Shown here piece after piece: positions 1 through 11,664 of a stretch of DNA of 64,000 nucleotides. The first letter of the stretch is position 1, and each line of letters begins with the position of its first letter. Source of the stretch: Octopus sinensis (lineage: Eukaryota). A model generated the notes under the pieces. The model saw only the letters and a program-made list of their open reading frames with translations. It made no database searches and was not told where the DNA came from. Location: the NCBI RefSeq assembly GCF_006345805.1, contig NC_043012.1, positions 7,316,001 to 7,380,000 on the forward strand, written 5' to 3'. The translations under genes were made by a program, and so were the position numbers.

Positions 1-66
1 ATTAATAGTAATGGTAAGACAACAAAAGAATCAAAGAGACCTCGATATTATGTAAATAGAGGAATT

Positions 67-212
67 TATCTCTAATATAATATGTGACAATTATACGCTT
101 GCCATAATAAGACTCCGAGTTTCAGATGCCGGAGCAGGTTTCCACCCGACATCCGAAACTCGGAATCTTATTATGACAACCGAGTAATAGTCCCATATTA
201 TATTACAGATAT
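67..212. repeat. Imperfect foldback (inverted repeat) with ~66-bp arms and a 13-nt loop
   Basis: 99-132 pairs with 146-179 at 30/34 positions. Pairing extends outward (atctctaatataatatgtgac vs gtcccatattatattacagat) until the right arm runs into (TA)n. The left flank (12-62) resembles 11,995-12,050, so it belongs to a repeat family. Confidence 0.8.
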
Positions 213-242
213 ATATATATATATATAAGAGAAATAGCTAGT

Positions 243-660
243 TGTAAAATCTTATGAAGAGATCAGAGTAGTAACAATATTAAAAAGTAAAGTCAGTCAC
301 CACATCAAAGTGGCTGTTCAATGTTATTACTATTTTAACCCTAGGCAGATACTCCAGTCGCTTTTTTCACGATATATTTTTGGCTGGAGCGGACTCTGAT
401 TATCGCTCTGGCGGACAGGCGCTTGCGACTGAGGATGAGCCAAATAGCTCGAAACTAATTCAGTTTAGCGATCCTGTTAGAAGGTGATAGAATGTGGTAG
501 GAGTTCGCTCACTCCGCTAACAATACATATTGTATATAAAGGATGCAGAGTCGCAGAGAATCTGCCCGGGGTTAGACTACTAGAAACATGGAACAGCCAC
601 TTCGGTGTGGCGACTCTTTTCATTATAGTTACGACTCTTATCTTTTCTTGCGATTTTACA
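243..660. mobile_element. ~420-bp foldback element with a hammerhead-like motif at its apex
   Basis: Arms ~243-428 and ~466-660 are reverse complements at roughly 70-85% by eye, e.g. agtcaccacatcaaagtggctgttcaatg pairs with catggaacagccacttcggtgtggcgact at 25/29 Watson-Crick positions. Flanked by (TA)n and (TATC)n. Mobility is inferred. Confidence 0.75.
414..478 (+). ncRNA. Type I hammerhead ribozyme-like motif (minimal, Penelope-type); stem I disrupted
   Basis: CTGAGGA (429-435), extra T, stem II GAGC-caaata-GCTC, GAAA (451-454), stem III ACT-aattc-AGT, cleavage triplet GTT (463-465). Stem I is A428-T466, then a 4-nt bulge, then CGCT/AGCG and CAGG/CCTG. Confidence 0.6.
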
Positions 661-741
<81 letters not shown>

Positions 742-768
742 GTCTGTGTGTGTGTGTGTGTGTGTGTG

Positions 769-816
<48 letters not shown>
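661..816. repeat. Compound microsatellite (TATC)n(TG)n; representative of many (TA)n, (TG)n, (GA)n, (ATT)n and (TATG)n tracts in the flanks
   Basis: Direct reading. These tracts explain the YI/CV/LSIY-type ORFs in the track. Confidence 0.97.
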
Positions 817-818
<2 letters not shown>

Positions 819-1083
819 CTGAATGATTAAAATTAATCAAAAGGCATACTAAGTATGTCTACCTGCAGGAAATAACAGTCAAAACTTTTATTTAAATCAC
901 CGAAGATATACTGCCATCGCCTATATCATTGATTCTGTTATCATTTTTAATTCTTACACTAGATAATAATAGAATCAATAATATCTTCGCAAATATTTTC
1001 TCCGGAATTATTTGGTCCGTATTGAAATATATATATATTTCAATACCGAAATATTAACCGAAATTTATCTCATTTTATATATA

Positions 1084-1127
<44 letters not shown>

Positions 1128-2178
1128 CAGACACACACCTATATCTAACTGGCTTTCGTACAGCTGCCAGTCACCAAATTTCAGTCACAAGTCTGTAGGT
1201 TCGAATCAAAATTCTTGACCACAGTGTTATTTCGTCATGTTTTACAATGAACACATGACAGAATTTCATGTACCTAAGTTCTCAATATAAATCAGAAGCA
1301 GTTTGCCCATATAAATAAATCGATATTTAGACGCTCAACTACCATGACGAATTACGTCTGTTTGAGCAGACTAACCGAAACCATGGCATAATTTATTTAT
1401 AAAACGAGAACCAATAAAAGCTATCTTCAGATATCACATAGTACTAAACAACAAGGCAAACTATTGCATAATTCTACTATTACTGAATAATTGATGGTCA
1501 ATAATGATAATATAAGACCTCAATCTGCAACTGTGGAGAAAGACAAAGCAAAATGAAAAAATAACAAAGTTTTGAATGAAGTTGGTTAAAATGGCGCTGT
1601 GAATGTGATGTTTGCTAACATTTATAATGAACCGACACGCTGATAAACTATTCATTCATTTATTTCATACAAACACGCATACACATACATAGTGATACAC
1701 TTATAGATATGCGTACTGTACGCACGCTAAAGCCATATATAATTACAGAACGCATAAGCTTAAAGAGACACACATGCACATATTCACGCACGCGGCGCTC
1801 ACATGGATGGCCGCCCACTCACAAATACATCACATGAGCGAAAAGCCGCAGTGTTCTGCGTCCTGATAACATTCGTTGATTTAACGGTTTAGAGCTAAAT
1901 TAGTATCGTATCCGATAAATAAATACGGCACAGCATCAGTTTTCTTAATTAAGATAAGAGGAAGGTAGGCACTTTCGAACCTTTTTCCGTGTCTCCCAGA
2001 TTTGGGAGGGGGGTAGGAAAGAGGAAATTCGACCCTCAAATTGGAGACATGGCCAACATAGATGCTTGTGAAAGAGTGGATTTGAAGATAGCACACCAAC
2101 GATCTGGTGATGGTATTTTAACAGTTCACAGATTAATCTGCCCATCTTAAGATATATATTCATATATATATATATATA

Positions 2179-2224
<46 letters not shown>

Positions 2225-2295
2225 ATAAATATGTGTGTGTATGCATATTATATATGTATGTCTATGTATATATATATATTATATATTATATAATA

Positions 2296-2372
<77 letters not shown>

Positions 2373-2395
2373 ATATATTCTTTTACTCTATTGTA

Positions 2396-2801
2396 TGTTT
2401 CAGTCATTTGATGGCGGCCGTGCTGGAGCACCGCCTTAAAGAGTTCTAGTCGAAGAAATAGACCCCAGGACTTATTCTTGTAAGCCTTGTACTTATTCTA
2501 TCAGTCTATTTCGCCAAACTTCCAAGTTACGCGGGCATAAACACACCAGCATTGGTTGTCAAGCGAAGGCGGTGTGGGACGGGACAAGCACAGACACACG
2601 CACATATAAATATGTGTATGTGTGTGTGTGTGTGTGTATGTACGACGGGCTTCTTTCAGTTCCCGTCTACCAAATCCACTCACAAAGTTTTGGTCGGTCC
2701 GAGAAGCAATAGTAGAAGACACTCGCCGAAGGTGCCACGCAGTGGGACTGAATCCAGAACCATGTTGTTGAAAAGGCAAGCTTCTTGCCACACAGCCACG
2801 C
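2396..2801 (-). mobile_element. tRNA-derived SINE, family A (~400 bp, internal microsatellite)
   Basis: The minus-strand head gcgtggctgtgtggcaagaagcttg...ggattcagtcccac has A/B-box-like motifs, and the tail is ...ccagcacggccgcc...aaatgactgaaaca. Many similar copies occur in the window. Confidence 0.8.
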
Positions 2802-3086
2802 TGTGTTTGTGTGTGTGTTTGTGTTTATGTGTGTATGCGTGCGTATGTACAAACACACACACATATATACACAGCCAGGTAGATAGATAGAGATAGAGAG
2901 AGAGGGGGGAGAGAGAGAGGGGGGAGAGAGAGAGGGAGAGAGAGAGGGATATTGGCTTATTCGCCCAGTCAGCGTGGCGGCATCATCCGAAAGCTACTAC
3001 AATACGAGGTTCGCATTGTGATCAGCGGTGTATAACAACATCCGACAATCTGGTCGATAACCGTGATATATATATATATATATATC

Positions 3087-3117
<31 letters not shown>

Positions 3118-3210
3118 GTGTGTGTGTGTATCTATTTATCTATCTATCTATATATATATATACACATAAATATATACACATATATATATACAACATACAT
3201 TCACATATTA

Positions 3211-3251
<41 letters not shown>

Positions 3252-3268
3252 TATAACAACATACATAC

Positions 3269-3348
<80 letters not shown>

Positions 3349-3989
3349 CTATATACATTCCTTTCGTATTTAATTTGCAACATTTTTGATGTTTGTTATA
3401 AGAAACTAATCGATCGTTTATTTAATGTGTTGATGCGTTGGTTCAATAACCAGTCAATTGATCGTTTGTCTTAGTCCGTTCGTCGCTATTCGCGACCTCA
3501 GTAATAACATGCATCCTCCCTTCAAGGTTTTCCTGGGATCTCAAGTGAATTGAATAGATATTTAACTGACTGAGTAACAACAAAGAAGTGATATTGAACC
3601 AGTGCGGGTATTTATTACGATTGGCGCAATGGCCTTCCCAAAATACAACAATATGTGTGTGAGTAATTAAGAAGTTAAATTCGTAGCCATGTATTTCCTT
3701 GTTTGATGATTCTACTGTGGAACGTGGAACGCACACACTGAGTGAGCAAGTCTCTTGTACAGATACCGCGAATTGGTAAATACGTAGAGAGCTGGATTTT
3801 TGTATTTGAAGTGAACAAGTACATTACCATCAAATCATGAAGGACAGATTACATTGAGAAAATGTGTGGTAGTGGGGGTGGGGCGGAAATGAAGGGATTA
3901 TGGGAGTTGACAAAGAATTCCCCACAAGCATTAAAGCCTACGGTTATTACTCAAAGAAGAAAAATGGTTTTAAATTTTTTTCCACAAGG

Positions 3990-4160
3990 GCAGTAATTTC
4001 GAGGGAGGGGATGAGTCGATTACATCGACCCCAGTACATAACTGGTTCTTAATTTATCGATCGCGAAAGAATGAAAGGCAAAGTCGACCTCGGCGGAATT
4101 TGATCTCAGAACATCGCGGCAGACGAAATACCGTTAAGTATTTCTTTCGTCCGGCATGCT
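3990..4160 (-). mobile_element. tRNA-derived SINE, family B (partial)
   Basis: Matches the reverse complement of the family B copy at 5,407-5,612 (gtcgacctcggcggaatttga...cagaac). Confidence 0.7.
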
Positions 4161-4514
4161 TTCTGCCTTACTCAAAGAGATCAATGGGTTTCTCTTTCCA
4201 TATTGGTAAATCTTTTTTTAAAATGTGCTTCAGGCTCAAGTTACGATAAGCAAGGACGAAGTGATAGAGGAATTCTTAAATCTCCTATAGGAATATATAT
4301 CCGCCTATAGGAATATATATCCTTTTATTATTTGACTTGTTTCAGTTATTTGACTGCGGCCATACTGGATCACAGCCTTGAAGGGTTTTTGTTTAACAGA
4401 TCGACATCAGGACTTATTTTTACCGAACGGCTAAGTTACGGGAACGTAAACACACCAACACCAGTTGTCAAGTAGTGATGATGGACAAACAAACACACAC
4501 ACATATCAATAATT

Positions 4515-4722
4515 CTTTCTACTATCGGCACAAGACCTGAAATTTGGGAGGAGGTGGCCAGTTGATTAGATTGATCCGAGTACGCAACTGATGCTTAATT
4601 TATCGACCCCGAAAGATGAAAGGCAAAGTCGAAGTGGATGGAATTTGAACTCAGAATGTAGCGACGGGTGAAATACCCGCTAAGCATTTCGTCCAGCGTG
4701 CTAACGATTCTGCCAGATCGCC
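4515..4722 (-). mobile_element. tRNA-derived SINE, family B
   Basis: Minus-strand head ggcgatctggcagaatcgttagcacgc and B-box-like gagttcaaattcc. Confidence 0.75.
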
Positions 4723-4796
4723 ACTTTATAGATATATATTAATAATGATAAGGAAAACGGAGATTTTCCACATAATCTTTTACTCTTTTACTCTTT

Positions 4797-5143
4797 TACT
4801 TGTTTCAGTCATTTGACTGTAGTCATGTTGGAGTACCACCTTTAGTTGAAACAAATCGACCCCCACGACTTGTTCTTTGTAAGCCTAGTATTTATTCTAT
4901 CGGTCTCTTATGCCAAACCCCTTATGACGTTAACACACCAGCATCGGTTGTCAGGCGATGTTGGGGGGACAAACACAGAGACACAAACACTCACACACAT
5001 CTATATACGACGGGCTTCTTTTCAGTTTCTGTCTACTAAATCCACTCACAAAGCTTGACACTTGACCAAGTAAAAGCAGTGGGACTGAACCCGGAACCAT
5101 GTGGTTGGTAAGCAATCACTTACCACACAGCCACCCCTGCGCC
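4797..5143 (-). mobile_element. tRNA-derived SINE, family A (internally deleted)
   Basis: Head ggcgcaggggtggctgtgtggtaag on the minus strand; same tail as 2,396-2,801. Confidence 0.8.
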
Positions 5144-5406
5144 TATAATTTTATTAAACAGTTATTTGTAGCATTCTTTTCTGGACCTACGCAAGTTTCG
5201 ACTGGGTCCTTATTTTCGTCCTTATAAGGACCCTAATGAAACTGTGCTGACAGTGACACCAGGATGCATATCTAACAGTGTTCTGTCAATGCAGTTGAAA
5301 ACTCGAATAGGTCCAATATAATCGACTTAATCCCTTTGTCTGTTCTTGTTTGTCCCCTCTATGTTTAGCCCCTTGTGGGCAATAAAGAAGTAAATATTAT
5401 TACTAA

Positions 5407-5612
5407 GGCGGCGAGCTGGCAGAATCGTTAACGTGCCGGGCGAAGTGCTTAGCGATATTTCGTCTGTCTCTACGTTCTGAGTTCAAATTTCGTTGAGGTC
5501 GACTTTGCCTTTCATCCTTTCGGGTTCAATTAAATAAGAACCAGTTGTGCACTGGGTTCGATGTGATCTATTTACCCCTCGCCGCAAATTTCAGGCCTTG
5601 TGCCTATAATTG
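5407..5612 (+). mobile_element. tRNA-derived SINE, family B
   Basis: ggcggcgagctggcagaatcgttaac (A-box-like) followed by ctgagttcaaatttc (B-box-like). Confidence 0.8.
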
Positions 5613-5690
5613 AAAGAATTATTATTATTATTATCATTATCATCATCATCATCATCATCATCATTTTTATTATTATTATTATTATTATTG

Positions 5691-6639
5691 TTGAGTGAGA
5701 GAGCAGTGCTTGCCATCAAAGTGACACTGGGGTAAAATATACGAAGCCCAGTATACCCATCATGACTACCCGTCTGATAAGGGTACACCAGGCACATGCA
5801 TCACAACCATATGTGCTCGAAATGGTGATCTCATATCAAAATAGACAGCACATGACCTTGCAGGTGGGGCCCAGTTAGAATTCTTTTCAGGTCGAGTAAC
5901 CCATCCCACTCGAAAGGTCCCTGAATAAGGGTTGTTTAAGGATGTTGAACGAAACACCAATGTTTCCAGAGGTGAATTATTCAAACCCCAAAGAATCCCT
6001 CTTAACACATGGCTATGATACTCCCCCACTACTTCTGCTCGTGATCAGAGATGCACATATCGTCAGCCACTAAGGGACATGCTCAACTGGTTAAAGTCAA
6101 ACAACTGACAAGCAAATCTGTGGTATTGAGCATAATATTTGCTGTAGCCCATTATTATTATTATTATTATTATTATTGAGTGAGAGAGCAGTTCATGCCA
6201 TCAAAGTGACACAGGGGTAAAATATACGAGCCCATATACCCATCATGACTACCCGTCTGATAAGGTACACCAGGCACATGCATCACAACCATATGTGCGC
6301 GACATGGTGATCTTATATCAAGATAAACAGCACATGACCTTGCAGGTGGGGCCCAGTTAGAATTTTCTTCAGGTTGAGTAGCCCATCCCGCTCCCGCTCA
6401 AACGGTCCCTGAATAAGGGTTGTTTAAGGATGTTGAAAGAACCACCCATGTTTCCAGAGGTGAACTATTCAAACCCCAAAGAATCCCTCTCAACACATGG
6501 CTATGATGCTCCCCCACTACTTCTGCTCGTGATCAGAGATGCACATATCGTCATCCACTAAGGGACATGCTCAACTGGTTAAGGTCAAACAACTGACAAG
6601 CAAATCTGTGGTATTGAGCAGAATATTTGCTGTAGCCCA
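5691..6639. repeat. Tandem duplication (2 x ~480 bp) of an (ATT)n-tailed interspersed repeat, probably a non-LTR retroelement fragment
   Basis: 5,691-6,150 and 6,176-6,639 align along their length at high identity, and each is preceded by (ATT)n. Confidence 0.85.
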
Positions 6640-6830
6640 TCTTTTATACCAAGACAAAATGTAGCCCATCTTTTATACCAAGACAAAATTATTTATACCA
6701 AGACAAAATCTTTTATACCAAGACAAAATCTTTTATACCAAGACAAAAGCTTTTATACCAAGACAAAATCTTTTATACCAAGACAAAATCTTTTATACCA
6801 AGACAAAATCTTTTATACCAAGACAAAATC
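6640..6830. repeat. 20-bp minisatellite TCTTTTATACCAAGACAAAA, 9 copies
   Basis: Copies counted directly; followed by (ATT)n and (CTTA)n. Confidence 0.95.
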
Positions 6831-6866
<36 letters not shown>

Positions 6867-7097
6867 TTACTTACTTACTTACTAACTTACTTACTTACTT
6901 ACTTGCTTGCTTACTCTACGGAAACTCTGCACTACTGAATAGGGCACTCGAGTTTATCCAACGGTAACAGTTACCAGAATCTAGCAACTTACTGTTAAGT
7001 CTGGTCTCACTAAAGGACTGTTGTGGTTAGCTGGCATCAGAAACCGATTTAAGAGGAAACAGGGTAACCGCCAGGATAATAAAACCCTTTAAACCCC

Positions 7098-7144
<47 letters not shown>

Positions 7145-7147
7145 TAT

Positions 7148-7179
<32 letters not shown>

Positions 7180-7186
7180 GTATATA

Positions 7187-7345
7187 CCAGGTCTTCTTTC
7201 TGTTTCCGTCTCCACAACCCAGTCACAAGGCTTTGGTCGGCTCGAGGCCATAGTAGAAGACACTTGCCCAAGGTACCATATAGAGCGACTGAACCCAGAA
7301 CCATGTGGTTGGAAAGCAAGCTACTTACCACACAGCTACACCTGC
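7187..7345 (-). mobile_element. SINE family A, 5' portion
   Basis: Reverse complement of cgcaggtgtagctgtgtggtaagtagcttgc...gggttcagtc. Confidence 0.7.
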
Positions 7346-7348
7346 GTC

Positions 7349-7382
<34 letters not shown>

Positions 7383-8283
7383 CAGACAGACAGATGGAGA
7401 GACAGAGACAGACAGACAGAGAGTGACAAACAGACAGACTGAAAGAGAAGAAGAAAGGAGAGAAGCAGACTGTTGCAGTATTTAGTGTCACCCTTCCATG
7501 TTCTTAGTTCAAATTCCCTCGAGGTTAGCCTTGCTTTACACTCCTCCAACTTCGATGAATTAAATTACCAGATATAATACGGACATTGATTGTATCGATT
7601 AATATTGATACAAATTTGTGGCCTTGTGCCAGATATTTAAAAAAAATGTTTACTTTGATCTTCGGTGACAAATTTAGCGGTGACAAATTAGTTTCCCATC
7701 GCTATTTTAGAATCGGCTCTTTATGTACGGAGGTAAGTTCCAAATATTCCATGAGTCAGTTTTGTGTTTTAAATTAACCTCAGTTTTCCCAAACAGTACC
7801 AGTAATATACTCGGTAGTATCTAAGCTATCACATCTTTAAAGCTGTTGATGTCGATGGTTCAGGTCAGAAGACATGTTTTCGTCAGGGAATATCTTATCT
7901 TCCACATCAAAGTGGCGAACTGGCAGTCTTTAGAGTAATGGAAATAAATATATCACACACTTTGTCCCGGTGCGCTGCGCTCTGGGTTCAAATTCTTTCT
8001 AAGTCGGTTTCGACCGTCATACTTTCGATGGTGATTATAAATTCCGATCCGTCGTGGTGGGTAGGCGAAACTCTTAAAGGGTCAGGCAGGATCCTTTGCC
8101 TGAGGAATTTGTTTAGGCATTTTACATCCTGACAGCAGTGGTACCAAGCTGTATTAGCTTAAATCAACGCCCTTTCCCTTCAATGCAGTGAAGAAAGGAA
8201 AACTACCAATCTTCCTCAAAAGGAATCTTGCACAGGTTTGTATATATAACTACAGATGCATTGATCACTATTGAGTACGGGAA

Positions 8284-8497
8284 GGGCGGCGAACTGGCAG
8301 AATCGTTAGCACACCGGGCAAAATGCAAAACGGCTTTCGCCCACCTTTACATTCTGAGTTCAAATTCCGCCGAGGTAGATTCTGCTTTTCATTGTTTCGG
8401 TGTCGGTAAAATAAGTACCAGTTGTGTACTGGGGTCGATGTAATTCACTTAACTCCTGCTTCTAAAATTGCCAGCCTTATGCTAAATTTTGGAACCA
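8284..8497 (+). mobile_element. tRNA-derived SINE, family B
   Basis: ggcggcgaactggcagaatcgttagcacaccggg...ctgagttcaaattccgccgagg. Confidence 0.75.
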
Positions 8498-8888
8498 ATT
8501 TAGTTGATGGACGCCCTACAATCTCCCACATAAGGTTCTAGTATCACATTAAAAACGTAGGACATGTCGAATAATGGAATGAGAGGAAAAGTTTGCCTGA
8601 AATGACGAGACAGAGACGGTTGGAATGTCTTTGATAGTTGCCGTCTGTTCCATAAGGCGTAACGGGACAACAGTATCCACAACAAATAAGAGAAAGGGCA
8701 TATAAGAGACAGTTCGGTTAACAAGGTGGGATGGTTACAGCTGAAGCGTTTTTGATCATAGCTTTGTAAGATTCCACCAGGGCTGACCATGGGTTAAACA
8801 ATGACAATAGCTATAATATCAACAACCACGAGAAATACGAAGTGAATGACATACTGGATTCCATACGTCCGAAAACAAAACCGGGATG

Positions 8889-9439
8889 TGAAATTTTTTT
8901 CTCACGTGAATTCCGGACCCCAGTAATGAACTCATTTGCATACAGCCAATCAGAATTCACCTTGACCTCGTTTTCAAGTTAACAAACACACTCTACCAAG
9001 TAAACACAGGACAAAGAACGATGCTGAAAGTCGACCGATCGCCATGTTATGCCTGATTTTAGAAGCAGACAAGTAATTAGATAGATTTGCTTCCATACCT
9101 ATTATCGGATTTTGTTAGGGCCCCATACGGTAAAGATGAGGATGGGGAAAATGTGGGTAGAGGGTGATGTGTTAGCAACCCTCTCCTCTTACTGTTTCAC
9201 AAAGTAAACAACAACACAAATAACTACGAAGAGGCAGCCATGCTTGAAACAAGAACAAGAACAACAAGCATTTTTAGAAGAGAAAAGAAACATGGTCATT
9301 CCTTACCCAAGAGATCATATCTTATCGCCCATCACTTGTTATGCGCTCATAAGTTAGTTTGAAAGGTGAACTCTGATTGGCTGTATGCAAATGAGTTCAT
9401 AACTGAGGTCTGGAACTCTCGTGAGAAAAAAATTCGCTG
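8889..9439. mobile_element. MITE-like non-autonomous DNA transposon with ~75-bp TIRs (possibly hAT)
   Basis: 8,889-8,965 is the reverse complement of 9,363-9,439 (inner 44 bp with 2 mismatches). The right end reads CAG on the minus strand. CCGGGATG flanks both sides (8,881-8,888 and 9,440-9,447) as a possible 8-bp TSD; the left boundary is ambiguous by 1-3 nt. Confidence 0.7.
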
Positions 9440-9827
9440 CCGGGATGGTGTCGGCTGCAAGGATTTGATCTGACAGTCATTCGATCAGTAATGTATATTG
9501 TAAGATATTCTAAATCAATAAAATATATTAATGCGATGCTATTGTTATAATTCTTTGGCTGGTTATAGCAAAAGTTAGACCCATCTAACCTAGCTCTCCC
9601 CCCCCCACTCTCTCTCTCTCTTTCTCTTACCTTCTCTCTCTGTCTCTCTCTTTCTCTCTCAATACATCTATCTTTCTATCCCCCTTTACTGGTCTTATTC
9701 TACATACTCAAAAACAAGCATACATACCCATGCATACACATATACACATACATACCTATATATGTATGCGTGTACATACATACAACACACACACACCACA
9801 CACACACACACACATATATAATATATA

Positions 9828-9872
<45 letters not shown>

Positions 9873-10294
9873 ATAATGGCAATTGAACATTAAGGAGGCT
9901 ATCCTTATTAATAAATTAAATTATATCTCTCTATGAACAGCAGACAGGAGTTGCACGGCGCTAATTAGCTAATATAGCATTACCAACCTGTGCACACCGC
10001 CGCGTTCCATACCCCGCCCATCCGCACAGATGAGAGCCATACTCAATCTCCCTCCCTCCATCTTTTCTTTTCTTTCGTTTTGCGTTTTGTTTATTCATTT
10101 CCTCCCACACTCTCTTAACGGCTTTGAAAGCAAAAATACTTATTGAAATATGAGGTAGAATTGTAAACCAGATCTTCTGTTTTTCTATTGTTATCAGCCT
10201 TTATTTTCAGCTTACACGGTAGTAGCTTTCTGAAGCACATTTAACCACTGCACTTCATAATGATATGTGTATATGTATGTATGTATGTATATAT

Positions 10295-10325
<31 letters not shown>

Positions 10326-10393
10326 TATATATATTATATTATTATATATATCTATATATATATATATATATATATATAAATATAAATATATAT

Positions 10394-10783
10394 AAATAAT
10401 AGTTATCGCCATACTAATATGGCATCCTTATAAAAATAAGAATAAAGCTGTCCGCCTTATTAGTCCATGAGGCCATCGCCTAAGTTAGCTATTTGATACA
10501 CAAACTGTATCCATATAACCTTTGAACAGGGAGGTCAGTCGCTCCACACCTACTTGGCCGGCAGCTACAGACGCGTTTCGGGTATTGCCCCTTTTCAATG
10601 CAGCGTAGCCAGACCAGTAGGTGTCGCTTCTGACAATCTCTGTTCAAAGGTTTTTATTTACCTAGCTTCGGTGGAATACATCCACTTGTTTTCAATAATA
10701 GAAAATAATGGAGCTAATAAGCGGACAGCTCTTATTCTTATTTTTATAAGGATGCCATATTAGTATGGCGATAACTATTATTT
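10394..10783. mobile_element. 390-bp foldback element with long, near-perfect terminal arms and a hammerhead-like apex
   Basis: Outer arms 10,394-10,469 / 10,706-10,783, with the first ~54 bp identical in inverted orientation. A ~45-nt unpaired segment follows on each side, then inner arms 10,517-10,569 / 10,604-10,652. Confidence 0.9.
10564..10609 (-). ncRNA. Degenerate minimal type I hammerhead-like motif
   Basis: Minus strand: GCTACG (stem I) - CTGCATTGAAAAG (altered core) - GGG caata CCC (stem II) - GAAAC GC GTC (palindromic ACGCGT helix III, GUC triplet) - TGTAGC (stem I'). The core deviates from CUGANGA. Confidence 0.5.
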
Positions 10784-10869
10784 TCCGAGAACGCTGCCGT
10801 TTGTTCTCTTTTAGAGAGACTTAGTAATTTAATATATATATAAATATATATATATATATTATGAATATG

Positions 10870-10906
<37 letters not shown>

Positions 10907-10977
10907 TATATTATATATATATATATATCTATATATATTAAATATATGAAGTATATGAATATGTATATGTAATATTA

Positions 10978-11017
<40 letters not shown>

Positions 11018-11040
11018 AATATATGATATATATGAATATG

Positions 11041-11101
<61 letters not shown>

Positions 11102-11102
11102 C

Positions 11103-11138
<36 letters not shown>

Positions 11139-11664
11139 TTATTGAAATGGATAAATGAATTATTTGTTACGGTTATTCAAAATTTTAACCGATACCTGGG
11201 TAGCAAAAATCACAACAGAAAAAACACGGTTGAGTTACGACCATGGGGTGTCGCAACCGTGCCTTAGCGGGATAATTGAAGTTTTATATATTTAGTGAAG
11301 GGAAGAAATGGAGCTGAACGAAGATTCTACAAATTCCTTTTATTTATTTTCTACACATGTTTCAAAGGCTGGCAAATTTCCAAATTCGGATCGAATAAGG
11401 AACCATTTTGCAGCTTTCTCTTCATCAAAGGAAAATCCAGAATTTAAATCTCCAAAACAAATGCGGCAGCAAGCTATTCGCAACAACGCGCTCCCTAGGA
11501 GCCCATGGTATGGCACAAAACTGTCTCTCACATATGCGTTACGTCATGGTTGTGTGAAGGCCGACGAAAAATCCGTTGGAATAAATCGAGGTCAAACTGC
11601 GGTTAAATCTGGTAGGGGAATAATTACTGAAAACCAAAGGGTGTGAATATATTCTGTATAACTA

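Noticed and set aside
1343-1400. Possible hammerhead remnant (ATGACGA...GAAAC-CATG)
   Set aside because: C3 is altered, there is no UH triplet or stem I, and only an 11-bp AT-rich inverted flank.
3471-3503. Possible minus-strand hammerhead remnant (CTGAG-GTCGC/GCGAC-GAAC)
   Set aside because: The core is missing several conserved residues and stem I is only 3 bp.
11308-11646. 112-aa ORF next to the gap
   Set aside because: No recognisable motif or supporting splice structure; its length is compatible with chance.
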